In this document: positions 11,988-23,290 of the stretch, piece by piece
How the letters are laid out: the number at the start of each line of letters is the position of its first letter
Position numbering within the stretch: the stretch's first letter is position 1
DNA from: Raja brachyura
Taxonomy: Eukaryota
Length of the DNA stretch: 64,000 bases
Assembly (NCBI GenBank): GCA_963514005.1
Contig: OY740818.1
Span: 13,330,001-13,394,000 of the forward strand
Reading direction: 5' to 3'
Translations under genes and position numbers: made by a program
The notes under the pieces: generated by a model
The model's database searches: none
The model's input: only the letters and a program-made list of their open reading frames with translations
What the model was told of the DNA's origin: nothing

Positions 11988-12394
11988 GTAAGATGATGCA
12001 ACCTCCTAGCTGTCTGCTTTAATTGCTGTCTATAGGAGGTGTGGTGCGTCAGTGGCTTATTGATACTTAATAAAGGGTAGACATGATATGTCATCGCATT
12101 GCTGAAGATGGCACTGCTTGACTCTGGTGATTGCTCATATTCTGATTCCATAGCATACAAGAAATATAGTGACTGTCCTGACTTTTTTAAACAACCTTTT
12201 TCAACTTCCTTGTTACCATTGGAGCTCTACTGTTGATGTCCAGTAACATAGAGGGAATATAATGCCCCTTCCTGACTTTTTACAAACTCCTCTATCTTCT
12301 TGGTTAATATTGGACTCCAGTCGAGATTATGAGTAGAGTATTGTAGCAAATGCAGCATTATGGCTTGTGTGTCATAAAATTTGCCCTAGTCGTA

Positions 12395-12745
12395 TGGCAC
12401 AATGGTGGTGAAGCAGTTAAATTACTGGAGTAGTAATCTGGAAAATAATCTCACCAGGCCAGCTGTGGAATTTAAAATCATTTAGCAAGCTGGAATTGTA
12501 TGAAGAGACAGTCATTAACAAAGATGACATTTATACGCTTCTAGGTAACTAAAACCTCAACTGGCTCACTAATAGCGTTTCAGGTATGAAAACTTACATC
12601 CTTGACATGTCTGACCTTATCGCGACTTGAGACCCACTGACGTGATTGACTGTTAAATACCCTCTAAAATGCACGCCACTCAGATCAGAAGCAATTAGGG
12701 ACGGGCAATAACTGTCGTTAGCGAGGACCAAATCACACGGAATAA
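12395..12745 (+). mobile_element. Ancient SINE-like repeat (related copy ~52150-52470)
   Basis: Shared decayed motifs (gctgtggaatttaaa, aaaacc..ctggctcactaat, gcaattagggacgggcaataa); family not determined. Confidence 0.45.
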
Positions 12746-13574
12746 CTGAATTGGAAACTAAATCGCATTTACAGACTAATTACAGGAATACTTGTTGAAA
12801 GCATCAGGTAATCAAAATGAACGTGCTGCACTTCAGGCCAAGGCTGGCAGCTCAGGTTGCTAGTTTGTTTTAAAAATAGCTCGGTTGAAGAGCTCAGTTA
12901 AAACATCTTCAATCATTACACAGGCTCTGTGAACTCAGTTTTCCCTCGTAATGTTCACTTGTCAGGGTGTAAAAATGTTGCTCGGGTCACATTGTGATGG
13001 GAGGTTGGAGGTGGAAGAAGAGTTGGCAATGGACAGGAGTGAAAATGGAGGAGGCTGAAAGTAAGGAGAGTGCGGTCGAGAAGGCGAGCTATGGAGTTGG
13101 GTGGAAGGAGGCTGGTATTTGTCCCAAATGTACGGTGAGAGAAGGTGCAGTGGAAGAAGTGGTGTGCTCTGCTGTTGCCCACTCCATGTTGTGAGAGCAT
13201 GTGGCTGCTCGGAAGGTGCAGCCTTTTTGATTCCATTCTCGAGTTCAAAATAATTGCTCCAGTTTTTCACTAATAAACGTAAACCTAAGCTGTTCCACCC
13301 CTCCTTATCTATCTACAATGTTCTTTTGAACACGAGAGGTCATTTGAATTGGGCAGGTGAAATTATTGACACAACCATTTACCTGATTGGAGTTATCTGT
13401 TTTGCCATCATTAAGCAGGCTGTTTCAGTAAATATACTGAGCTTTTACATCCATAAGCTCTAAACCTACTGACCAAATACAAACATTGCGAGGTTTGTAT
13501 TCTTCATGCGCTTTCCAGTTGCTGGCTTTATATAGTCTGACCCACTGGATTTTTCAACATGTTTAGGGGTTAAC

Positions 13575-13709
13575 TACTTCTTCTTGCGTATGGCGTGCAC
13601 AGCCTAAAGTTGGCGGACAATTTGTTCTATTTGATCTTATTTAATTGTGCATGCCGGGTTGATTGCGTTCATCGATTGCAACCACGTGAAGGTTGCAATC
13701 TCCCACCCC
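13575..13709 (-). mobile_element. Short non-autonomous retroposon with disrupted 5' HDV-like ribozyme and (AAG)n tail, copy 1
   Basis: Perfect 13-bp TSD tttaggggttaac (13562-13574 and 13710-13722); same 5' end GGGGTGGGAG as copy 2. Confidence 0.85.
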
Positions 13710-14102
13710 TTTAGGGGTTAACGATGCAAACAAACGCCACTATGTTAGGGATTTGACAAGGACTGGGAAAGGTCGTGCAACATCATGACTTTCTTAATCA
13801 CTTGCAACACAGAATGACAGGTGAGAAGAGACTTAAATGAGGATGGGTTTCAAATGTTAATTGTGCATATTCACAAGTGTCATACTGCCAAAGGTCAGGT
13901 GCCAAATGAAACATTAAACTGGAAGATGAGAGCAAAAGACTAATGCTGTCTGCCGCAGAAGAGGTGCGTGCTTGTAGATGCCTGATGGTTGATGCTAGCC
14001 CCACAAAATGTTGCATTATTTTATGGGACCTGGTCCATTGAACAATTTGAGGGAGTATGCTGTGCCTTTCTTGGGTTTAAACCTGAATCTTTTTTTGGAC
14101 AG

Positions 14103-14214
14103 ACGGGACATTTGGCAATGGAGACGCTGCTTTCCCTCACATCCAAGCGAGCAGGCGACTGGTTTAAAGAGGAATTGAGACTCTTGGGAGGATTGGATCA
14201 CATTGTGGATAAAG
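14103..14214 (+). CDS. WAPL: WAPL coding exon 5
   Basis: ttttggacag|...g|gtacat; 112 nt; [37 protein letters not shown]. Confidence 0.97.
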
Positions 14215-14564
14215 GTACATGTCCACACAGAATTAGAGTGGGTACTTTTACATTTTCACAGAGTCTCTCCAAATGCAAGCATGATTCTTCCTTCTCTTGG
14301 TAGCTGCCAATGGTATCAGTCACAATCTATTAATGTCCAGGTGTTGAAGCTAGTTCATTGCATCTATTGTAACTGACTACCCTGAAAGGTAAGAGTGGGG
14401 AGTGTTTGACAATGTGTTCCATTGTTTGACAACTTAAGTAGCAACAAGGATTTTTGAAGTTACATCAATTTAAAATGTGGACAGGTCTTGGTTTTCCATT
14501 TTGGAGATGTTCATGGTTATAAAACAAGAGCAAAAAACTGTATGTTAGAAATCTGGAATATGTT

Positions 14565-14768
14565 CATGTGATGGGAGCAGCATTAGGCCATTCAGCCCAT
14601 CAAGTTTACGCCGTTTAATCATGGCTGATTTATCTTTCCTTCTTAACCCCATTCTCCTGCGTTCTCCCCATAACCCCTGACACCTGTACCAATCAAGTTT
14701 TTTTCTATCTCTGCTTAAAAATATCCACTAACGGCCTCCCCAGCCCTTTGTGGCAATGAATTCCCATG
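14565..14768 (-). mobile_element. CR1 3' tail, antisense
   Basis: ggccattcagcccatcaag...atcatggctgat...cccattctcctgc is the reverse complement of the tail type at 44950-45080. Confidence 0.75.
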
Positions 14769-15320
14769 AATATAAGCAGAAAATGCTGGAATAATTCACA
14801 GGGTGACAGCATCTGTAGAGAAAGACAGTTCGCAAAGATCGTCAACCACAAACATTACCTCTTTCTGCTTTTGTGGCGGATGTTTTATTTGGGTCCTGTC
14901 TCTGTGTGGAGGCTCCAAACATATTTGCTCCATTGAGACAGCCACAATTGTTTGGTATTAAATATGGTATCTCATTGGATTCTTTCCCCCATCTTCGATA
15001 TAAACCAGCATCTGCAGTTCCTTCCTACCCATTTTATATTTTTGGTATTTGTTTTATTTACCTCAAAATTATCTGCTGAGTGCGCTGCAAAGAATTGAAG
15101 ATTTTTCTAATATGAATGTATCTATATGCACCAGTTCGATGGATTTCTACATTGCAAGGGATCAGAGCTTGTGTTTTCCATCTTCTTGGAGATTTTGGAC
15201 TAATTTTCATTCGGGTCATTTTTCTAAAGTTGATAGCATTCAGTTTCCTAATCTATGTTTCAGTCAGTCTGAGAAGAAAAGTCAATCCTCATCATCTTAA
15301 ATATTGTTCTACATTCACAG

Positions 15321-15418
15321 TGAAAGAATGTGCGGAGCAGTTGAATAAAAATGAGGAGCAGGACAAACTGGTTGCGACGTTATGGGGTGCGGAGCGCTGT
15401 TTACGTGTGTTGGAGAGT
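15321..15418 (+). CDS. WAPL: WAPL coding exon 6
   Basis: ttcacag|...|gtgagt; 98 nt; (V)[32 protein letters not shown]. Confidence 0.96.
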
Positions 15419-16419
15419 GTGAGTATCACAGTGATGCACGGCATCCATTTTTAATTTGCATCTGGAGCATAAGTCACAACAATGTTTGGCAGAATAGATG
15501 ATTGTTTCTTTCTGATATCGAAACAGCATTACTGGATATCATTCTTTCATTGGCACACAAGGGGCTCCATTTATCCAGCTGTCAGATGAGTTCACGGAAT
15601 CAACGGTTTATATCACAGGAGATAATTTGACCCATTCATGTCACTCCCAGGCAGCAGTATTCTATCTACTCATTCCACACTGCCCTGCAAACAATACCTT
15701 TAATTTTTTACGTTCTTCCCTTCCATTTTCCGTCATCTATCTGCATTGCCAAAGGAGCCCGTGATTAAATTTCCCATTTCCATGCCAAATGCCAAAACTA
15801 TTTTAAAATAGATGTTTTTACATAGTTTAGATACTCTCATCTGTGCTGCCAGTTTTTTTTTTCTACTACTGTCTCTGCTGAACTTTTGTAATAATGGGCC
15901 TAGTAATTAACCTGACATCTGCATTACTCTTTTTTTTCCTCCTTGGATTCCTCGTTTTATTAAAAATGACAGCAGGCTCTTGATCAGCTATGCCAATGGG
16001 CTGAGCAATGGCTAATGGAGTTTAATGCAGATGCGCAAGGTGTTGCATTTTGGAAATACAACTCGGGGCTGGACCTTGGAGAATGGTTCTGCATTATCAC
16101 AGTTCTTTTATCACACCTGTAATTTCCCTGTTAATACATCCTTCTATATCCTTCCCATTCATTGAATTTAGTGTTTGCTGTTTTATTTTAGCTGTCTTTG
16201 TTATTGTTGCATCATAGATCACATAGTTAATTGTGCCAACTGCTCCAACTTTGCTGGGCGTTACAATTTTCAGGCTCCTGCACCTTCTTCCCAATGGCAA
16301 TAGTGCAATGAGTCCATATGCACCTCCATTAACTTACCTTGCACCCTTTTGCATTTTTTTGGGCTGGTCTAAAACTACCCTACAACTACCCATGTAGATG
16401 GGGCATGTTGTGTGAGGGG

Positions 16420-16790
16420 GGGGTCATATAGAAACATATAAAATTATAAAAGGACTGGACAAGCTAGATGCAGGAAAAATGTTCCCAATGTTGGGTGAGT
16501 CCAGAACCAGGGGCCACAGTCTTAGAATAAAGGGGAGGTCATTTAAGACTGAGGTGAGAAAACACTTTTTTACCCAGAGAGTTGTGAATTTATGGAATTC
16601 CCTGCCACAGAGAGCAGTGGAGGCCAAATGGCTGGATGGATTTAAGAGAGGTGGATAGAGCTCTAGGGGCTAGTGGAGTCAAGGGATATGGGGAGAAGGC
16701 AGGCACGGGTTATTGATAGTGGACGATCAACCATGATCACAATGAATGGCGGTGCTGCATCTATTTTCTATGTTTCCATGCTGTATGACT
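16420..16790 (+). mobile_element. CR1 3' fragment
   Basis: Encodes ETYKIIKGLDKLDAGKMFPMLGESRTRGHSLRI..., highly similar to the copies at 17905 and 19535. Confidence 0.9.
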
Positions 16791-17160
16791 CTATGGTGGT
16801 TTTTATTCTCTTTTGCATTTTTTTTCCTTTTCCAATGTTAAATCCATTTCCCTTTTCATTCTCCCTCAAACAATATGAGCAGATCCTGCCAGAAAAGCGG
16901 TTGCAATTCTGTTGAGGGTAAACTCATCTGATCTGTGCAGGCTCCAGCTTCCTCTGAACGAGAGCAAAGATCCGGGGAAACTAAAGTCTTTGCTTCTGTC
17001 TAGCTGCTTATTCAACCTACTGCCCTATTTCTGTACTTGCCAGTACAAATAATGAAGGAATGCTGGTTCGAAAATTTATTGTGTGTCTCCTTTGGCAACA
17101 TTGCTACAAACTCTGCCCCTGCCATTGCAACCATGTGCGCTGCTCTCTTTCACTCGAGAG

Positions 17161-17371
17161 CAAGGGTTCCCAACCTGGGGTAAATTTCACCAGTCCAGGG
17201 GGTAAATTTGTTGATTCTGGATTTGTATATATTTTTTTCTCATTGACTGACTGTTTGGTTCTAGTATACCGTTATCTGTTCATCATTGGTTCATAAATAA
17301 GTGAAATAACATTGTTATGTGCTATTAAAGTTGCCAGGGGTAAATCGGCAGAAAAAGGTTGGGAAACTCTG
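17161..17371. mobile_element. hAT-type MITE
   Basis: Termini caagggttcccaacct / aggttgggaaactctg; interior is the reverse complement of 33972-34315. Confidence 0.8.
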
Positions 17372-17904
17372 CTCTCGAGTGCATTTTCCCCCACATGTGC
17401 ATTTTTCCAAATCCAGGGTTCACTTATGAGGGCAATTATCCACAACCGTAAAATTGTGCTGAACCTTTCCAGGTTAAAAATGTTCCTCGAGAACTCGGCC
17501 ATTCTCCTGGATCTGTCACCAAAAGGCTTAGCACTACTTCACAGCATGATTAGTAACTCAATCCATTTATGGGATAATGGAGGAAATATTTTGCTTGGGT
17601 CTCTGCAAATAGTTCAATTCATAACACCGGTAAACCTACAATCCCAGTCTGGGGTTCCAGGTTAAAAGATGATGGCTTTCCCCCTGTGGAGAAGCGCGCA
17701 AACAATGATGGGAAATGTAGAAACACGGTTGGGGAATAGTTCACTTCAGGTAAAATTCACAAATACTACGATACTAAGAAACTAAGACACATTTGTAAGT
17801 ACTGGAGCTGCTGTACAGTGTTGCATACTGTTGTGATTTGGAAGTTGAATACAGAGATGGAACTTTGACTTCCCTTCAAAGGTTTGAAGGAAAGTAAAGC
17901 CAGC

Positions 17905-18385
17905 ATAGGTTCACGAGATTGATCCCTGGGATGGCGGGATTGTCATATGAGGAAAGATTGAAAAGACTAGGCTTGTATTCACTGGAGTTGAGAAGGATGA
18001 GGGGGGATCTTATAGAAACATAAAAAATTATGAAAGAACTGGACAAGCTAGATGAAGGAAAAATGTTCCCAATGTTGGGCGAGTCCAGAACCAGGGGCCA
18101 CTGTCTTAGAATAAACTGGAGACCATTTAAGACTGAGGTGAGAAAAAACTTTTTCCCCCAGAGAATTGTGAATTTGTGGAATTCTCTGCCACAGAGGGCA
18201 GTGGAGGCCAAATCACTGGATGGATTTAAGAGAAGGTTAGATAGAGCTCTAGGGGTGGAATCAAGGGATATGGGGAGAAGGCAGGCACGGGTTATTGATT
18301 GGGGACGATCAGCCATGATCACAATGAATGGCGGTGCTGGCCCGAAGGGCCGAATGGTCTGCTCCTGCACCTATTTTCTATGTTT
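17905..18385 (+). mobile_element. CR1 3' fragment ending ~55 bp before WAPL exon 7
   Basis: ORF 18030 begins with CR1 ORF2 residues (LDKLDEGKMFPMLGESRTRGH) and has the CR1 3' UTR. Confidence 0.9.
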
Positions 18386-18439
18386 GAATGTTTCACAGGT
18401 AAACCTACTTACTGTCTTAATTTATTTTATTTTAATCAG

Positions 18440-18516
18440 GTCACTGTTCACAATCCAGAAAACCAAGGTTACCTTATAGCGTACAAAGACTCCCAGCTCA
18501 TCATGTCTTCTGCCAG
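18440..18516 (+). CDS. WAPL: WAPL coding exon 7
   Basis: tttaatcag|...ag|gtaggt; 77 nt; [25 protein letters not shown](R). Confidence 0.96.
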
Positions 18517-19023
18517 GTAGGTGTGTGGTGGAAGAAACCCACAGTGTGTTGGTGTGGGAAGTGAAGTTTACCTGGATGCTTTCAGTTTGTTGTCATGTGT
18601 GTTTGTGTTTGACTGTGTGCCCTTTAAGGTGAGTGCAAGATATTGTCTGTACCTAGATCCTAGTATTTCCCCCGTTCACCACATAATTCATTAAAGTGTA
18701 CTTAGTTGCAGTTTTCCGTCAGCACTGGAGATATAATTAACAATTATCAAAGGAGTTTGAAGATCTTCTGACTGTTTCACCTGCAAAACTGGAGAAATGC
18801 CTCCCAAATGTAAGATTTGATGTTTTTCGAATTACTTCTGAGAAATCTGTGCAGCGCAATTTTATGAGGAGAGGATGGGGAGAGTTTTACTTTTGATCTC
18901 TTAAAAAACATTTACTACCCAGTTTTTATACAGTTAACAATAGTCAACAGTAGACACCAACTTTAGTTCATGGAAACCAAAGAGATCTGATATTTGTTAA
19001 CATGTGCCTTATCACCCGGTACT

Positions 19024-19167
19024 GCTTCTTCTTCTTGCATATGGCGTGCACAGCTTAAAGTTGTAGGACAACTTGTTCTATTTGATCTTATTTGATTGTG
19101 CACACCGGGTTGATTGCATTCGTCGAAATACAGGGCGGATCACGTGAAGGTTGCAACCTCCCACCCC
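19024..19167 (-). mobile_element. Short non-autonomous retroposon with 5' HDV-like ribozyme and (AAG)n tail, copy 2
   Basis: Flanked by acccggtact (19014-19023) and acccggtgct (19168-19177); closely similar to 13575-13709. Confidence 0.85.
19112..19167 (-). ncRNA. HDV/CPEB3-like self-cleaving ribozyme fold at the 5' end of a short retroposon (near intact, one P3 mismatch)
   Basis: Minus strand reads GGGGTGG GA GGTTGCA ACC TTCACGT GAT CCGCCCT G TATTTCGA C GAA TGCAATC = P1, J1/2, P2, P3, L3, P3', P1', short P4 region, catalytic C plus GAA, P2'. Confidence 0.8.
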
Positions 19168-19534
19168 ACCCGGTGCTTCAGATGTCTGAATTACAATACT
19201 TTTTTGAATAAATCTGTGTTTTTAACCTCTCCTGTGTTAATGACTTCTAAATATGAAACACATTCACAAACCTACAGTTGCCTGGATCTCTCTGCTTTGA
19301 TGGCCTGAGAGTCTGGGGTCAATGATTCGCCAGCTGTCAGTTGATTTCTGAATGCAGCAAACAGCTTGTGCTGAGACGAACCCCTTTGCTGCAGTCGTTC
19401 AAATCAGTGTTAAATTTCTCTCCATTTTGGGGAAAGATAATGATTTTTTTTTCCAAAATGGTGGGACCCTTTGAAGCTTGTCAGACACAATTTGTATTAA
19501 CAAATGGTGCTCATTTTCAATTGTTAGTCCATAT

Positions 19535-20162
19535 TGCTAATGGAATGTTGGCCTTCATAACAAGAAGATTTCAGTATAGGAGTAGAGAGGTTCTTCTCCA
19601 GTTGCACAGGGCTCTGGTAGGACCACATCTGGAGTATTGTGTACAGTTTTGGTCTCCTAATTTGAGGAAGGACATCCTTGTGATTGAGGCAGTGCAGCAT
19701 AAGTTCATGAGATTGATCCCTGCAATGGTGGGACTGTCATATGAGGAAAGCTTGTATTCACTGGAGTTTAGAAGGATGAGGAGATATCTTATAGAAACAT
19801 ATACAATTATAAAAGGACTGGACAGACTAGATGCAGGAAAAATGTTCCCAATGTTGGGCGAGTCCAGAACCAGGGGCCACAGTCTTAGAATAAAGGGGAG
19901 GCCATTTAGGACTGAGGTGAGAAAAAACTTTTTCACCCAGTGTTGTGAATTTGTGGAATTCCCTGCCACAGAGGGCAGTGGAGGCCAAATCACTGGATGG
20001 ATTTACGAGAGTTAGATAGAGCTCTAGAGGCTAGTGGAATCAGGGGATATGGGGAGAAGGCAGGCACGGGTTATTGATTAGGGACGAGCAGCCATGATCA
20101 CAATGAATGGCGGTGCTGGCTCGAATGGCCTCCTCCTGCACCTATTTTCTATATTTCTATAT
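19535..20162 (+). mobile_element. CR1 3' fragment
   Basis: ANGMLAFITR...PHLEYCVQFWSPNLRKD...TRGHSLRI in ORF 19341-20015; tail tttctatatttctat. Confidence 0.92.
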
Positions 20163-20861
20163 TTTCACAATTGCCAAATAATTTTGTCTCGGACTAAGAT
20201 TTTGCCCTATCATAGAACAGTACAGCACAAGAACAGACCCATTGACCCCGCAATGTGCAAGCGTGATGCCAAGGCAACTCTTGGCTACCGGCACATAATC
20301 TATATCTCTCTATTTCCTGCATATCCATATTTCTATCAAAGTCTCAGCGCATACCCCTCTCTAGTCTGTCTCCAAGCACACACCCTTCTCTGGTTGCATT
20401 CATTAGCACATACCTCTCGTCCTTTCTTTAGAGCCAGACCTGTGTTATTGTCAACACAATAGTTCTGCAGGAGGCACAAGTTACTGCATCCTATTTGACA
20501 TGTTCCTTGCATTTATGCACATGCAGTCATGTTTAATCCATTTTCATTCTTGGATTTCCTTACCCTGGAGTATTTTTCCTCAAACATCCCATTTCCATTT
20601 AATTGTGGTAGCCATTGTCACCACTAAATTAATTTACATCTGTTCCTGAAGCACTGGTTAATCCCTCCGTGAGAACGATCCCATCCAAGTATGTTGTGGT
20701 ACATGTCATCCTTCGAGTCCGGGTCTGCTCTCCCTTTTGTCTAGCATGCTCGTTTTATTCCTCTCTATCCGTACTCACTATTCATCTGTTTGATTGTTTA
20801 GTTTGGTTTCCCTGTGTTTGTTTGGTCAGGATTGTAGAGGTTTGCAACATTGCATCCTCTT

Positions 20862-21140
20862 ATAGTTTAGTTATTTTAGAGGTACGGCATGGAAACGGGC
20901 CCTTCGGCCCACCAAATCCACACACTGACCAATGATCACCCAGACACTAGTTGTATCCTGCACACTGCGGATAATTTACAGAAGCCCATGAATCCACAAA
21001 CCTGTACGTCTTGTGGAGTGTGGGAGGAAACTGGAACACCTGGGGAAAACCCACGCGGTAACAAGGGTGGAACGTGCACATTCTGAACAGACAACACGTA
21101 GTCAAGATCAAACCTGACTCTCTGGTACTGTGCTACTTTG
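20862..21140 (-). mobile_element. V-SINE, antisense
   Basis: gtttagtt...ggaaacgggcccttcggccc...gtgtgggaggaaactgga...gaaaacccacgcgg is the reverse complement of 8247-8557. Confidence 0.8.
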
Positions 21141-22596
21141 CAGCCTTTAGCATAGCCTTTAATTTATTTATGTCAAAAAGCAGGATGTGATCTTCGTCAC
21201 AGAAGGATCCATGACCTGCAGTAGTGAGATAAGCCCACTGTATATCATCAATGCTGTAATAATTCGATATAGTACAGGACGGAGTTGAAACCAATTCTGG
21301 TGCTGACGATTAAATTGATTCTGCCTTTCTCTCACTGTATTCTAGCCATGCTCCAGAGTGCGAGTTTGGTAACTAATCACAAAGTTAAGTCCAGGGCCAC
21401 ATACTGTGCACTATGCTGGCTGTACCTGCATTAGTTGAAAATATTATCCGATGAGATTGAAGCTGAGAAAGCAGGCGTTCAACACTACCGCAGTGCAGGT
21501 ATCACAAATCAGAGGGCGTCATTACCCTGTCTGCCCACCCCTCCCCCAGTTAAAGTTGTATTCCTAGTCCAGTGAGTTTGCTCCATCCCTTTTTCCAACA
21601 GGCTTCACAGTCGAGTAAGAAAGCTCAAATCCCATTTGAGGAAAGGAAACATAATATTTTCCTCTGCTGTTCACTTCTGATGAGCCAAACAAATGATTTT
21701 AAATCTTCAGCCTGGTCTTCTGCCAAAGGCAGTTATTCAGCAAGCTGTTTTGCTGAGCAACTTTTACACTGCCTTCCTGCTCTGATCAGTCATGTTCACA
21801 TTTCCCCTTTTGAAACTGCTACTGTGTACAGCTGTGCGTTTTTTATATTTAAAAAAAAGGATGTTTCTGTTTGCCAGCAAGTTCCTGGCTGACCCAGACA
21901 GTGGGCTGAATCTGGTAAATGTCAACAGCTTTGAGCGGCCCTTGCTCGGTGAAGCATTGTTGTACATCATTGTTCTCCGCTACCTGACCCGAGTCGGCAT
22001 GGAGAATGCAGCTTGCAGAAGATAATTATTTTCCATTTGCCTGGTGTTGCTGAACGTTAGCTGCCGGTGTGCTTAGCTCCTGTGACAGATGTGAAAACAT
22101 GTTTCTGCTAATCTGCAGTGTGTTGTTTTCAATTTGGTGGCCTCTGCCTGCCCTTGCTTCCCTTCCCTGACACTCAAAGGAAATATTTATCTGTCCCAAT
22201 TGCCTGCCTTTGCCAAGAGGTGGTGCAGTTGGATCCGGTGGGCTGTGTTTTCACTACCAGTTCTGTCAGGTTTCAAGATATAACCACTGAGTGGCACTCC
22301 ATCCAGTTGCAGAAAAAAGCCACTACACAGGCATGCGCTCTGAATTTCTTGGGAAAGTAATTGTCTAGTAAACTCATGTATTAAACAGGCAAAAGTTAAA
22401 TCCTGCATTTGCATCGAGAAAATTCATGATTTTTGTCCAATTTACCATGTTGAATTGCACTGTTGTTTGCTGTAATCTGTAAGATCCTCTTAAATTTACA
22501 ATTTAATTTAATAACTCCAAAATTATACTGCAATCAAATGCTGCCCGGTGGATCTTCAGAGGATATTTAAAATAAAAGAAATATCAAGGACTTGTG

Positions 22597-23020
22597 ATCA
22601 AAGTCAAGTCAAAAGTCAAACAAACTTTATTGTCATTTAGAAATACATTGATATATGCAGTTCCAAACGAACTTCCGTTTTGGCTCCCTGTGCAACACGA
22701 TAAATTAACAGAAGGATAGGCATGGATAAAATGGATAAAAAGGATAAAAGGATAAATAGACAATGGTGGCAGCCCATTAAATGGCATTCAGGAGTCTGAT
22801 GGCTCGTGGGAAGAAGCTGTTGCAGAACCTTGATGATCTGCTCCTTATGCTGCGATATCTTTTTCCCGAGGGCAGCAGAGTGAACAGACCGTGATGGAGA
22901 TGTGTGGGGTCTTTTATAATACTGCTGGCCTTAGACACGCAACGTTTGGTCGCAATATCCCCGATTGAGGGGAGAGAGGTCCCGATGATTTTTTCCGCTG
23001 TTCCCACCACTCTCTGCACA
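22597..23020 (-). mobile_element. Rex1/Babar-like LINE 3' end
   Basis: ORF 22777-23019: HGLFTLLPSGKRYRSIRSRSSRFCNSFFPRAIRLLN; 3' UTR ends aataaa plus a (ttgac)-like tail. Confidence 0.8.
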
Positions 23021-23047
23021 GATAATTAAAGGATTCAGTCTTGGGTT

Positions 23048-23290
23048 AACCCAGAGCACTTTATGGTCAGTCATATACTTTTAAATATATTTAATCTATA
23101 ATGTGGGAAACATGGCAGTCAGTTTGCACACATCAAACCTCCACAAATAGCAATGAAATATTTCCTCCCTGATCTGTGTTTCTGCCCAGCCCAAGGATGA
23201 GCTAATGGGCCATTCTTTGGAAAGTGAACCAAAATTCCACACACATGACCAGATGGCATCACATAAAGTAATACATTCAAAAATGCTTGT
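23048..23290 (-). mobile_element. Ancient Deu-domain SINE remnant; a 5'-part remnant of the same family lies at ~24240-24482
   Basis: aatgtgggaaacatggcagtcagtttgcacacatcaaacctccacaaatagcaatg resembles the reverse complement of the Deu domain as I recall it. Confidence 0.55.

Noticed and set aside
23046-23060. ttaaccc as the left end of the piggyBac-like piece
   Set aside because: No complementarity to the right end beyond ttaacc, and the sequence fits the Deu-SINE remnant better.
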